The notes: generated by a model not told the origin, from the letters alone. A stretch of 64,000 nt of DNA from Candidatus Aminicenantes bacterium (GCA_963773685.1 CAVZBY010000006.1:24710-88709); one strand, 5' to 3'; counted from the stretch's first letter, positions 48,448 through 58,863 are shown. Numbers and translations are program-made.

Positions 48448-49117
48448 ATGCAATTCGGTCTGATTGAAATGTGGCAGGCCATGGGAGCCGTGGCCAGAAC
48501 GGTTTCGATTCATCCTTATCGCCCTGTCGATCGTTTCCCTCTACCTGTTCATCGAGCGTCAGCTGACCTTCAAGCGCGCCAAGACGAGTTCCAAGCTCGT
48601 CGCCCCCAAGCTCGCCGAGCTCCTCAAGGCCGGACAGCTCAAGGAAGCCCTGGCCCTCGCGTCCAAGAAGGACAACAAGGGAAGCCACCTGGCCCGCGTC
48701 ACGGCCGCCGGCATCCAGGATTTCCTGTCCGGGAAGGAAGCCAACCTGAGCCTCGATGAGCAGATCAACTCCGCCGAGCGCGGCTGCGACCGGGCCGCCG
48801 TCCTGTTCAACCAGGACCTGAAGAAGGGCCTGAGCATCCTGGCCACGATCGCCACGTCCGCCCCCTTCATCGGGCTGTTCGGGACGATCTCGGGCATCAT
48901 CAACGCGTTCCGCGGCATGGCCCTGACCGGGTCGGGCGGCATCGGCGCGGTCGCCGGCGGCATCGCCGAGGCCCTCGTCACCACGGCCTTCGGGATCGGC
49001 GTGGCCATCATCGCCCTCTGGTGCTTCAACCTGCTGAACACCAAGATCGAAGTCTACGACGCCGAGATGAGCAACACGACCTCGCAGGTCATCGACTTCT
49101 TCCACAGAACCAGGTAA
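48448..49117 (+). CDS. exbB: ExbB/TolQ/MotA proton channel protein (frameshift near 48510)
   Basis: LATIATSAPFIGLFGTISGII, GGIAEALVTTAFG; AAGGAGG RBS. Confidence 0.88.
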
Positions 49118-49162
49118 ATCGACTAAAACAAAACGACGAAACTCTGATAAGAGAGGCACACA

Positions 49163-49588
49163 ATGGGTTTTTCAATATCCGCGAGCGGCAAAGAAGAAAT
49201 CCGATCCGAACCCAATGTCGTTCCCTTGTGTGATGTCCTGCTTGTTCTTCTGATCATCTTCATGGTCGTGACCCCCCTCGTCCAGAAGGGCGTCGACGTC
49301 AAGCTGCCCGCTGCCCTGAACACCTCCTCCATGCCTGACAGCCCCGATGTCGTCCTGGCCGTCAAGAAGGACGGGACGATCTACGTCAACGAGGCCAAGG
49401 TCACGATGGAGAACCTCCAGAACGCTCTGGAAGAGGCCTTCCTGACGGTCTCGGAAAAGAAGCTCTACATCAAAGCGGACCAGGACCTCGAATACGGCAA
49501 GATCGTGGATCTCATCGACGTCATGCGCGAGGCCGGCATCGAGATCGTCGGCATCATCACGGACAAGAAAACGGAAAAGGCTCTCTAA
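49163..49588 (+). CDS. exbD: ExbD/TolR biopolymer transport protein
   Basis: EPNVVPLCDVLLVLLIIFMV, VDVKLP, IKADQDLEYG. Confidence 0.9.
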   Translation: MGFSISASGKEEIRSEPNVVPLCDVLLVLLIIFMVVTPLVQKGVDVKLPAALNTSSMPDSPDVVLAVKKDGTIYVNEAKVTMENLQNALEEAFLTVSEKKLYIKADQDLEYGKIVDLIDVMREAGIEIVGIITDKKTEKAL

Positions 49589-50552
49589 GGGCGCTTCGAA
49601 ACCCGCAAGCCATCCCGGGGAAGGATGCCGAAAGGCTCCTTCCCCTTTTTTTTGCTCCCGCCTCCCTCCGGAATCTCCGCCGTCTCCGGATCCCCGTTCG
49701 GACCTCTGGCGGGCGGCTCAGGACCTCGTTCAGGCTGCCCGTGCGGTAGCCTTCGAGGTCGAGGGTGACGTAGCGGTAGCCGAGCCTTTTCAGGCCCGAG
49801 ACGATCCTGCGGGCCGCCTCCGCCCTCACGGCCTTGGGAAACTCGCCCGGCGCGATCTCGATCCGGGCGACCGTCCCGTGGTGGCGGACCCTGAGCTGTC
49901 CGAATCCGAGGCCCCTGAGGAGGTCCTCGGCCGCCCCTACCTGTCGAAGGCCTTTCGGCTCGATCGGCGTGCCGTAAGGGAAGCGGGAGGCGAGGCAGGC
50001 CATGGAGGGCTTGCTCCAGGTCGGGAGGCCGAGCCGGCGGGAGATCTCGCGGATCTCGGCCTTGGTCAGACCGGCTTCCTGGAGAGGGGACCGCACGCCG
50101 AGCTCCCGTCCGGCCCTTGATCCGGGCCTGAAGTCCCTGCGGTCGTCGCGGTTCGCCCCGTCAAGGACGAGGGGGATCCCCTCCTCGCGGGCGATGGCGG
50201 CAAGCGCTCCGAACAGCTCTTTCTTGCAATGGTAACACCGTTCGGGGGGGTTCTCCGCGAATTCGGGGTTCGCGAGCTCATGCGTCCGGATGACCCGGGG
50301 ACGGACGCCGAGGCGCCGAGCCAGGGCCCGGGCCGCGACGATCTCCTTTCCCGGATAGGTCTCCGATGTCGCGATGACGGCCAGGAGAGGCCGCACACGG
50401 GCGTCAAGGGCCGTCTTGAGGAGGAGGGTGCTGTCCACCCCCCCGGAATAAGCGACGAGGGCGCCCTTCATCCGGCCGAGGAGCTCCGTCAGCTTGTCAT
50501 ACTTGCGCCGCGTCGTCCCGGGAAGCCCCGATAGCGGGTTCTTGCTGATCAT
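49557..50552 (-). CDS. larE: LarE-like ATP-dependent sacrificial sulfur transferase (true 3' end probably near 49720)
   Basis: PP-loop AYSGGVDST, NPPERCYHCK, RPG..A..E.GVRSPL, KPSMACLASRFPYG, LRVRHHG, GYRTGSLN. Confidence 0.85.
   Translation of the reverse strand: MISKNPLSGLPGTTRRKYDKLTELLGRMKGALVAYSGGVDSTLLLKTALDARVRPLLAVIATSETYPGKEIVAARALARRLGVRPRVIRTHELANPEFAENPPERCYHCKKELFGALAAIAREEGIPLVLDGANRDDRRDFRPGSRAGRELGVRSPLQEAGLTKAEIREISRRLGLPTWSKPSMACLASRFPYGTPIEPKGLRQVGAAEDLLRGLGFGQLRVRHHGTVARIEIAPGEFPKAVRAEAARRIVSGLKRLGYRYVTLDLEGYRTGSLNEVLSRPPEVRTGIRRRRRFRREAGAKKRGRSLSASFPGMACGFRSALREPFPFSCP
49617..49653 (+). terminator. Rho-independent terminator after exbD
   Basis: GGGGAAGGA-t-GCC-GAAA-GGC-TCCTTCCCC followed by 8 T. 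Confidence 0.85.
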
Positions 50553-51625
50553 GCCTGCTTTCTCTCTTTCTGGATCTCCTCGATCAACGCGTCGACGATC
50601 CTTCGCTCCGGGACCTTGCGGACGATGCGTCCCTTGCGGAAGAGGACCCCCGTCCCCCGGCCGCAGGCGACGCCGAAGTCGGCCTCCCGGGCCTCGCCCG
50701 GGCCGTTGACCATACAGCCCATGACGGCCACGGTCAGGGGCCCCTCGAAGCCGGCCAGGCGCCTCTCGACCGCCGCGGCGATCCTCATGAGGTCGACCTC
50801 CGAGCGGCCGCACGTCGGGCAGGAGACGATATCGAGCCCCCGCGATCCCAGGCCCAGGTCTCGGAGAAGGCGCCGGGCCGTCACGACCTCTTTTTCGGGC
50901 GGGGCGGTCAGCGAGACGCGGATCGTATCGGCCAGCCCTTCCCCGATGAGGAGCGCCAGCCCCGCGGCCGATCTCACGCTCCCCGCCTCGAGCCCGCCCG
51001 CCTCGGTGATGCCGGCATGGAACGGGTAATCCACGCGGGCGGCCAGGAGCCGGTAGGCTTCGAGGGTCCTCGGGATGTCGGAAGCCTTGAGCGAAACCTT
51101 GATCGCGAAGAAGCCCAGGTCTTCGAGCATCCGGATATGGCGGAGGGCGCTGGCGACCATGGCTTCCGCCGTCGCGCCTCGGCCTCTCAGGAGCCCCTTT
51201 TCGAGCGACCCGGAGTTGACCCCGATCCGGATGGGGACGCCGCGCTCCGAAGCGGCCCGGGCGACCTCGCGCACGTTCGCCGGCGAGCCGATGTTCCCGG
51301 GGTTGATCCGCAATCCGTCCACGCCGGCGTCCAGGGCCTTGAGGGCCAACCGGTGATCGAAGTGGATGTCGGCGACGAGCGGCAGGCGCGACCCTTTCCT
51401 GATCGCGCCCAGGGCCGAGGCCGCGGACGCGTCGGGAACGGCCAGCCTGACGATCTGGCAGCCCGCCTTCTCCAACCGCCGGATCTGGGCGAGGGTGGCT
51501 CGAACGTCCCGGGTATCCGTCTTGGTCATCGATTGGATCGAGATAGGCGCCCCTCCCCCGATAAGGACGTCCCCTATCTTGATCTGCCGGGTCTTGCGCC
51601 TGGGAAAAAACTCCTGGTCCGTCAT
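50549..51625 (-). CDS. ispG: 4-hydroxy-3-methylbut-2-enyl diphosphate synthase
   Basis: ISIQSMT, PLVADIHFD, RINPGNIG, IRIGVNSGS, DTIRVSL, SCPTCGR, VMGCMVNGPGEA. Confidence 0.97.
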   Translation of the reverse strand: MTDQEFFPRRKTRQIKIGDVLIGGGAPISIQSMTKTDTRDVRATLAQIRRLEKAGCQIVRLAVPDASAASALGAIRKGSRLPLVADIHFDHRLALKALDAGVDGLRINPGNIGSPANVREVARAASERGVPIRIGVNSGSLEKGLLRGRGATAEAMVASALRHIRMLEDLGFFAIKVSLKASDIPRTLEAYRLLAARVDYPFHAGITEAGGLEAGSVRSAAGLALLIGEGLADTIRVSLTAPPEKEVVTARRLLRDLGLGSRGLDIVSCPTCGRSEVDLMRIAAAVERRLAGFEGPLTVAVMGCMVNGPGEAREADFGVACGRGTGVLFRKGRIVRKVPERRIVDALIEEIQKERKQA

Positions 51626-51697
51626 CTTCGCGCCTCTTATTCTAGACCATTAGCCGCATCCCGTCCATCAAAGGACAGCAAGCGGCCGTGATGGGGA

Positions 51698-51922
51698 TGA
51701 GGGCTTTATCAAAGGGGTTCCCGACTCCGGTCTAGATCGCCTTAGCAGGGCTCGGAGGCCGCCCCTCGACCCCAGACCCGGGAACCTCTTCGGGTTCCCC
51801 CATCGCAAGAGCGACGGGCCCCCCTCCCAACTGGGGTTTACGGGGCGGCCCTCCTCGCCCCTGCTTCGGGCGCCTCTCCGTGATCCCCGCACGGTCGCTG
51901 ACGCCCTTTGACAAAGCCCTCA
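51698..51922. mobile_element. MITE-like non-coding element 1 (225 bp, 19-bp terminal inverted repeats)
   Basis: TGAGGGCTTTATCAAAGGG (51698-51716) versus CCCTTTGACAAAGCCCTCA (51904-51922), one mismatch; internal nested hairpins. Confidence 0.6.
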
Positions 51923-51924
51923 GC

Positions 51925-52204
51925 ATAGGTTAGTGGGCTGGACGTGCGGACGGGACGGACCGAGCGGACGTTGGAGGGTTTAGCCCGCACGAAGCCGATT
52001 TCGAGGAGATTCGGGCGAGGATGTTTGAGCGTCCAAAGATCTCGGACCTATGCCGCTTCGGACGAGGGCAGAATCTAACATCCCTGATAAGTTCGCGAGT
52101 TCCGAGCCCGCCGAAGAAATCGGCGAGGGCGCGGCGTTAAAAACCCGACCGGGAGCGAGGCCGGCCCGTCCGCGCTCTTAAACCAGCCCACGAACAAAGC
52201 TATG
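51925..52204. mobile_element. MITE/REPIN-like fold-back element 2
   Basis: Nested complementary blocks 51933-41/52183-91, 51946-54/52165-73, 51994-52002/52116-24, 52019-25/52077-83. Confidence 0.6.
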
Positions 52205-52221
52205 GACGTTTCTCGGTGGGG

Positions 52222-53554
52222 CTAGAACGGCAGGAGGCTGTTCCAGCCGTGGGGCAGCTTCTTCACGAAATCGTTCATGATGACGAAGACGATGAGGGCC
52301 ACGAAGATGACGAACCCGATCTGGAGCCAGATCGTGCGGACCTTGGGGCTGAAATCCTTCCGGAAGACGCTCTCGATGAGGAGGACGAAGATCTGGCCGC
52401 CGTCGAAGACCGGGATGGGGAACAGGTTCAGGACGCCCAGCTGGAGGCTGATGACGGCGATCCAGCTGATCATGGCCAGCCAGCCCATCCGGAGAGCGGC
52501 GTAGGAGAAGTTCGCGATCTCGAGCGGGCCGCCGAGCTGGCGCGTCGAGGCCTGCCCGGTGAACAGGTCCTTGAGGAAACGGAAGACGAGAAAGACGTTC
52601 TTCATGTTGGACCGGAGGCTCTCCCGGATGGCCGCGAAGAACCCGTACTTGCGGACGACGGATTTCGCTTCCTGGAGGATCCCGATCTTGCCGACGTCGC
52701 CTTCTTTCCTCGGGGTGACGGCGAGGTCGATCGTCGTTCCTCCCCGCTCGACGGACAGGACGATCTCCCGCCCGGCGTTCGCCTCGATGACCGGGATGAA
52801 GGAATAGAAGTAGACCGGTTTCCCGTCGACGGCAGCGATGACGTCGCCCGGGCCGGAGCCCCGCTTTCTCGGCCGGGGACCCGGCCGTGACCAGGCGGAT
52901 CTGGGTCAGGATCTTGGCCCGGAACCCGGCATAGCCCATCTCGTAGCGGGTGACGGACCCCGTCTTGAGCTCGACCGGCAGGACCTGTCCGCTCCGGACG
53001 ATCTCGAGAGCGATGACCCTGTCCGGCTTCGTGCCGACGGCGATCTCGACATCGTTCCAGGTCGCGACCTTGCCGCCGTTGATGCTCAGGATCTCGTCGT
53101 CCGGCCTGAGGTCCGCCTTCGCGGCCGGGGAGCCGGGATCGATGTATCCTATGACGGGCTTCTGGTCCTGGTATTCGGGGGCGGGCACGCCGACGCCGTT
53201 GATCACGGCGACGAGGACGACGGCCAGGAGGATGTTCATGATCGAGCCCATCGCCATGACCAGGAGCCGGGCCCCGCGGCTCTTCGACATCATGTCGTCG
53301 GGGGCGAGCTCCCGGCCCGTTTCGAACATCCCCTCGCCCAGGAGCTTGACGTAGCCGCCCATGGGGATCAGGCTGATGCGGTAGTCCGTATCCCCCTTCT
53401 TGATGCCGAAAAGGCGTTTTCCGTACCCGAAGGAGAACGTCTCGACCCGGATGCCGACGAGCTTGGCCATGAAGAAGTGCCCGAACTCGTGGATGAAGAC
53501 GAGGATGCCGAAGACGATGAGGAAGGCGGCCATGGTCCCGAATATCGTGCCCAT
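52222..53554 (-). CDS. rseP: RIP metalloprotease RseP (frameshift near 52870)
   Basis: HEFGH, FSFGYG, LIPMGGYVK, two PDZ domains, NLFPIPVFDGG. Confidence 0.95.
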
Positions 53555-53555
53555 T

Positions 53556-54726
53556 CTAGGTCCTTTGCTTGAGGATTTCCCGCGTCCGCTCCCGGGTCTC
53601 GCGGTCGATGTCGTAGACTTCCGGCAGGCCGCGGACGGGCCGCCGGACGTGCCCTTCGAGGCTGCGCTCCACGACCTCGGCGATCCGCCCGAAACGCATC
53701 CGGCCGGCGAGGAACGCCGCCACCGCGACCTCGTTGGCGGCATTGAGGGCCGCCGGAAGGCTCCCCCCGCGCTCCAGGGCGGTCCTGGCCAGGGCAAAGA
53801 GCGGGAACCTCGCCGGTTCGACGCGGTGGAATTCGAGCGCCCCGGACCGGGCGAGATCGAGCGGAGGAAGCGGCGACGCCTCCCGGTCGGGCCAGGTCAG
53901 GGCATACTGGATCGGGACCTTCATGTCCGTCCTCGAGAGCTGGGCCAGGACCGAGCCGTCCCGGAGCTCGACGAGAGCGTGGACGATGCTCTGGGGGTGG
54001 ATGAGGACATCCAGACGGGCGGGCTCGAGACCGAAGAGCCAGCGGGCCTCGATGAGCTCGAGCCCCTTGTTCATCAGGGTCGCCGAGTCCACGGTCACCT
54101 TACGACCCATCTTCCAGCGCGGGTGGCGCAGGACCTCTTTCGGGCCCATGCCCGCGACCTCGGAGGCCGGGGTTCGGAAGAAAGGCCCCCCGGAGGCCGT
54201 CAGGATGACCCGGCTCACGAAGCGGCGCTTCTCCCGGGCCAGGCACTGGAATACGCCGCTGTGCTCGCTGTCCACCGGGATGATCCGGGCCCCGGAGCGG
54301 CGGGCCTCCTTCCTCAGGAAGGCGCCCGCGACGACCAGGGACTCTTTGTTGGCCAGGGCCACCCTCGTCCCGGCCCGGACGGCCGCCAGGGTCGGGCCGA
54401 GACCGTCGATGCCGGTAATGGCGGAAACGACGACGTCGTTTCCGGGACGGCCGGCGACCTCGGCCGCCCCTTCCGGCCCTGAGACGACCCGGATCTTCTG
54501 CCTTCCGAACCGGCGACGGAACTCGGCGGCGTCGCGCTCCGTCCTCAGGGAGACGATCTCCGGCCCGAAAGGCCGCTGCCTGCTCGAGGAGGAGGCGAAC
54601 GTTGGAGCCTGCGGCGAGGCCGACGATCTTGAATCGTTCCGGGAGGCGCGCCGCTACCTCGAGGGTGCTCCGGCCGATCGAACCGGTGGAGCCGAGGACG
54701 GCGAGCTTCTCGCGGCGGTCTTCCAT
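53556..54726 (-). CDS. dxr: 1-deoxy-D-xylulose 5-phosphate reductoisomerase (frameshifted)
   Basis: [62 protein letters not shown]. Confidence 0.96.
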
Positions 54727-54739
54727 ATATTCCGGGGCC

Positions 54740-55547
54740 TTATTTCCAGAGGATCCCGACGAGATAATAGAACAGGGGCGAGGCGAGGATGAGGCTGTCG
54801 ATCCTGTCGAGGAAGCCGCCGTGGCCGGGCAGGAGGTTGGACGAATCCTTGACGCCGACCGCCCGCTTGAACAGCGACTCCATCGGATCGCTCGCCTGGG
54901 CGGCGGCGTGGACCAGGACGGCGATGAGCAGAGCCTTCCCGAGGGCGAGGTCCGGGAAAAGGATCTCCCGGGCCGCCCAGGCCCCGAGGCAGGCGAACAG
55001 GATGCCGCCCGCGCTCCCCTCCCAGGATTTGTTGGGGCTGGCGACCGGGGTCATCTTATGCTTCCCGAACGGCTTCCCGATGAAGAAGGCGCCCGTGTCC
55101 CCGAGGAAGATGACGGCGAAGAGGAAGTACAGGTAAGGGGCTCCGTACACGGCCCGGATGGTGAACATGAAGTTCAGGGTGCAAGCTCAGGTAAAGGGCC
55201 CCGAAGAAGGTGATCGCGACGGACTGGGGGAAAGTCGCAAGCTTCTCGAGCGTCGTGACGTGGATGACGTAATAGAAGCACGTCAGGAGAAGTCCCGAGA
55301 ACAGGACGGCCTCGAAGCTCAAGCCGTCGACGATGAAGAAGGCCGCGAAGGCCGCCGCCAGGACCACTCCGAGCGCCCTCTGGGGGCGGAGCTTCTTCCG
55401 GGCGGCGAGGGAGTAGAACTCCCACAGGGCGCCCAGAACGAAGACCTGGAGCAGGAGGAAGAAGACGATATCGGGGGCGTACTGGATGACCGCGAAGACG
55501 CCCGCGAGCAGGACGAAGGCCGTGAGGGTTCGTTTTCCAAGTTCCAT
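54740..55547 (-). CDS. cdsA: Phosphatidate cytidylyltransferase (frameshift near 55185)
   Basis: [43 protein letters not shown]. Confidence 0.95.
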
Positions 55548-55573
55548 GGGGGATGGCGATGCGGAGTCCGCTC

Positions 55574-56344
55574 TCAATGGGGCCGGACGTCGCCGAACCT
55601 CCTTTCCCTGGTCTGATATTCGCAAAGGGCTTCGAGCAGGTGCTTCTTACGGAAATCCGGCCAGAGGACGGGCGTGATCCAGATCTCCGCGTAGGCGATC
55701 TGCCAGAGCAGGAAATTGGAGATCCGCATCTCGCCGCTCGTCCGGATGAGGAGGTCGGGGTCAGGAAGGGAGGACGTGTACAGGCGCCGGGCGAACCCCT
55801 CTTCGGTCAAGGCATCGGGATCTAACGTCTTGTCCCGGAGGAGGGCCTTTACGGCGTCGACGATCTCCGCCCGTGCGCCGTAGTTCAGGGCCAGGGCAAC
55901 GGTCATCCGGCGGTTATCCCGGGTCCGTGTCTCCAACCGTTCGAGCTCGCCCATGACGGCCCGCGGGATCCCGTCCTTCTGTCCGATAACCATGAGCTTG
56001 AGATCGTTCTCGCTGAGAACCCGGCCGTCCTTCTTCAGATAGTCCCTGAGGAGGGCCCAGAGCCGGGAGACCTCCTGGCGCGGGCGCTTCCAGTTCTCCT
56101 TGGAAAAGGCGAAGAGGGACAGGACCTTGATGCCCAGGCGGGCCGAGGCCTCCACGATCTCGCTGACGGAGTCGGAACCCGCCCTATGACCTTCGATACG
56201 GGTGAGGCCCTTCTCCTGCGCCCAGCGGCCGTTTCCGTCCATGATGACGGCGACGTGGCGGGGGAGCCGGGAAAAGTCCAGGCGGCGGACCAGGGCCTCC
56301 TCTTCCGAGCCGGGCGGGATATAGCCCTCGAGGCCTTCAAACAT
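55574..56344 (-). CDS. uppS: Undecaprenyl diphosphate synthase (isoprenyl transferase)
   Basis: HVAVIMDGNGRWA, FAFSKENWKRP, LNYGAR, PDLLIRTSGEMRISNFLLWQIAYAE. Confidence 0.97.
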   Translation of the reverse strand: MFEGLEGYIPPGSEEEALVRRLDFSRLPRHVAVIMDGNGRWAQEKGLTRIEGHRAGSDSVSEIVEASARLGIKVLSLFAFSKENWKRPRQEVSRLWALLRDYLKKDGRVLSENDLKLMVIGQKDGIPRAVMGELERLETRTRDNRRMTVALALNYGARAEIVDAVKALLRDKTLDPDALTEEGFARRLYTSSLPDPDLLIRTSGEMRISNFLLWQIAYAEIWITPVLWPDFRKKHLLEALCEYQTRERRFGDVRPH

Positions 56345-56351
56345 GTTGACC

Positions 56352-56380
56352 ATTATATGGTTGGGGACGGCGATTGTCAA
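56352..56380 (-). promoter_or_regulatory. Consensus sigma70 promoter of uppS (likely leaderless)
   Basis: TTGACA-N17-TATAAT, then 7 nt to the ATG with no SD. Confidence 0.8.
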
Positions 56381-56421
56381 AAACGACCGCGCCGGAGCCC
56401 GCCCATCTCGCTCTTCTAAGA

Positions 56422-56489
56422 CGCAGGCTAAAGCCTGCGGCTATAGGTCCCGCCGACCCAACCCGTCTCGCCCGTCTCGCTTGTCTCGC
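56422..56489. repeat. CGCAGGCTAAAGCCTGCG palindrome plus GTCTCGC cluster C
   Basis: Palindrome at 56422-56439; GTCTCGC at 56465, 56474 and 56483 (9-bp period). Confidence 0.8.
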
Positions 56490-56494
56490 TTAAA

Positions 56495-56523
56495 TGGACA
56501 AGCCGCCGGCGATGGTCTAAAAT
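56495..56523 (+). promoter_or_regulatory. sigma70 promoter of hypCDE (likely leaderless)
   Basis: TGGACA-N17-TAAAAT, then 6 nt to the hypC ATG. Confidence 0.65.
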
Positions 56524-56529
56524 ATCGGT

Positions 56530-56748
56530 ATGTGTCTTGCCATTCCCGCCAGGGTCGCCCGGGTCGACGAATCCGGCGGCGGCATCGTGGATTACCTCGG
56601 CAGCGAGGTCCGGGCGAACTTCGTCCTGCTTCCCGGGATAAAGGCCGGGGACTGGGTCATCGTCCACGCCGGCTTCGCCATCTCCAAGCTGACCCCGAAG
56701 GAAGCCGGGGAGACCCTGAAGCTCTTCGAGGAAATGGAAAAGGCCTAG
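56530..56748 (+). CDS. hypC: [NiFe]-hydrogenase maturation chaperone HypC
   Basis: MCLAIPARV, GDWVIVHAGFAI. Confidence 0.95.
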   Translation: MCLAIPARVARVDESGGGIVDYLGSEVRANFVLLPGIKAGDWVIVHAGFAISKLTPKEAGETLKLFEEMEKA

Positions 56749-56762
56749 AACGCGCCTTCGTC

Positions 56763-57866
56763 ATGAGCGCCTCGAAGGACCAGCGGACCATCGACCGGAA
56801 GATCAAGGAGGCCCGGGCCCTCGCCTCCTCCCTCCCCTCCCCGGTCCGGATCATGGAGGTTTGCGGGACGCATACCATGTCCCTCCACAGGTCCGGCCTC
56901 AAGCCGCGGCTCGAAGAGGCGGGGATCGGGATGGTCTCCGGGCCCGGATGCCCGGTCTGCATCACACCGGATGCGATCCACGAGGCCGCGATCGACCTCG
57001 TAACCACGCGCGGGAACTTCATCCTGGCCACATTCGGGGACATGACCCGCGTCCCGACGCGGAAAGGTTCCTTGCGGGAGGCGGTCCCGGCCCCCGGCTC
57101 GCTCGTCCGGATCGTCTATTCTCCCGAGGACGCCCTGGATGCCGCCCGAAAGGCCCCGGAGAAGGAGGTCGTCTTCTTCGGCGCGGGCTTCGAGACGACG
57201 ATCCCCGGCATCGCTTATACGGCCCGTCAGGCCCGCGAGGAGAACATCCGGAACTATGCCGTGCTCACGGCCCTGTGGCTCATCCCGCCCGCCATCCGGG
57301 CGATCCTCGAAGCGGGGGAGTGCGCCGTCACGGGCTTCCTCTATCCCGGGCACGTCAGCGCGATCATCGGCGAAGCCCCTTACGCGTTCGTCGCGGAGGA
57401 ATTCCGCGTCCCGGGAGCGATCGCCGGCTTCGAACCGCTCGAGATCCTGAACGGGATCCTTTCGATCCTGGACCAGGTTCGGAAGGGGGCCCCCCGGGTC
57501 GCCAATGAATATTCCCGGGTCGTCCGCCCCGAAGGGAACCCCGTCGCCCGCGCCCTGATGGACGCGACGCTCGAGCCCAAGGACGCGGTCTGGAGGGGCC
57601 TGGGAAAGATCCCGGGGAGCGGCCTCAAGCTTCGTCCGCGGTATTCCGACTTCGACGCCGAAACAAAGTATGGATTGGATACGGGCCGGGCGGTCCGGGA
57701 GGCCCCGGGCTGCCGGTGCGGGGAGGTCCTCAGGGGCGTCATCAGGCCGAAGGACTGCCGGCTCTTCGGAAAGAGATGCACCCCGGATTCTCCCCTGGGG
57801 CCCTGCATGGTCTCGTACGAGGGGGCTTGCCTGATCACCCATAAGTATTCAAGGGGCGCCGCATGA
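56763..57866 (+). CDS. hypD: Hydrogenase formation protein HypD
   Basis: MEVCGTHT, GPGCPVC, VYSP, GFETT, PGHVS, CRCG...C..FGKRCTPDSPLGPCMVSYEGAC. Confidence 0.96.
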   Translation: MSASKDQRTIDRKIKEARALASSLPSPVRIMEVCGTHTMSLHRSGLKPRLEEAGIGMVSGPGCPVCITPDAIHEAAIDLVTTRGNFILATFGDMTRVPTRKGSLREAVPAPGSLVRIVYSPEDALDAARKAPEKEVVFFGAGFETTIPGIAYTARQAREENIRNYAVLTALWLIPPAIRAILEAGECAVTGFLYPGHVSAIIGEAPYAFVAEEFRVPGAIAGFEPLEILNGILSILDQVRKGAPRVANEYSRVVRPEGNPVARALMDATLEPKDAVWRGLGKIPGSGLKLRPRYSDFDAETKYGLDTGRAVREAPGCRCGEVLRGVIRPKDCRLFGKRCTPDSPLGPCMVSYEGACLITHKYSRGAA

Positions 57867-58850
57867 AGAAGATCAGCCTGGAGCTCGGCAGCGGCGGCAA
57901 GCTCATGAGAGATTTCATCGCCGGCGAGATCGTCCCCCGGTTCGCCAACCGCTACCTCGGCGAGCTCAGCGACGCGAGCCTCCTGCCGGGCGGCGTCGCC
58001 TTCACCACGGACAGCTACGTCGTCGACCCCATCTTCTTTCCCGGCGGAGATATCGGGACGCTCGCCGTCAACGGGACCGTGAACGATCTTATCGTCTCCG
58101 GCGCGGTTCCCCGGTTCCTTTCCCTTGCCCTCATCCTGGAGGAAGGCCTGGATGCCAAGGACCTCGAACGGGTCCTCGGCTCCATCCGGACCGCCGCCCG
58201 AAAAGCGGGGGTTTGCGTCGTGACGGGAGATACGAAGGTCGTCCGCCGCGGCCAGGGTGACAAGATCTTCATCAATACGTCCGGCATCGGGCGCATCATC
58301 GCCCGGCCCTCGATCGCGAAGATCCGGCCCGGCGACAAGCTCATCCTCACCGGCACGCTCGGCGAACACAGCACGGCGATCATGCTGGCGCGGGAGGAAT
58401 ACGGATTCACGGCCCGCGTCAGGAGCGATTGCGCGCCGCTCCTCTTCCTCCTGCAGACCTGGAAGAAGGGCGCCTATCTGGATGAGGGACATCACCCGGG
58501 GCGGACTGGCCACCGTCCTATCGGAGCTGGCCGAACGCCTCCCCTATCCTCTCCTCATCGAAGAATCCCGCATCCCCTTATCCCGGCCGGTGCGCGCCGC
58601 CGCGGGGCTCCTTGGGATCGATCCCCTTTTCCTGGCCTGCGAAGGCCGGGCAATCGTCGTGGCGCCGAAGGACAGAACCGAGGCCATCCTCCGCGACATG
58701 CGCCGCGATCCTGCGGGGCGAAGGGCCGCCGTCATCGGTGAGGTCCAGACGCGGATCGGAAAGCCCGGAGAATTGCTCCTCGAGACGACGGCGGGAGGCT
58801 TGAGGCTCCTCGAGCCCCTGACCTCGGAGCTCCTGCCGAGGATCTGTTGA
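57863..58850 (+). CDS. hypE: Hydrogenase maturation protein HypE (frameshift near 58480)
   Basis: FTTDSYVVDPIFFPGGDIG, NGTVNDL, VTGDTKV, MRDITRGG, ACEG, C-terminal PRIC*. Confidence 0.95.
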
Positions 58851-58863
58851 TTCCAAGGACACG

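Noticed and set aside
49557-49720. Arg-rich C-terminal extension of LarE
   Set aside because: It runs through the exbD terminator and overlaps exbD by 32 nt; more likely a lost stop from an indel than a real domain.
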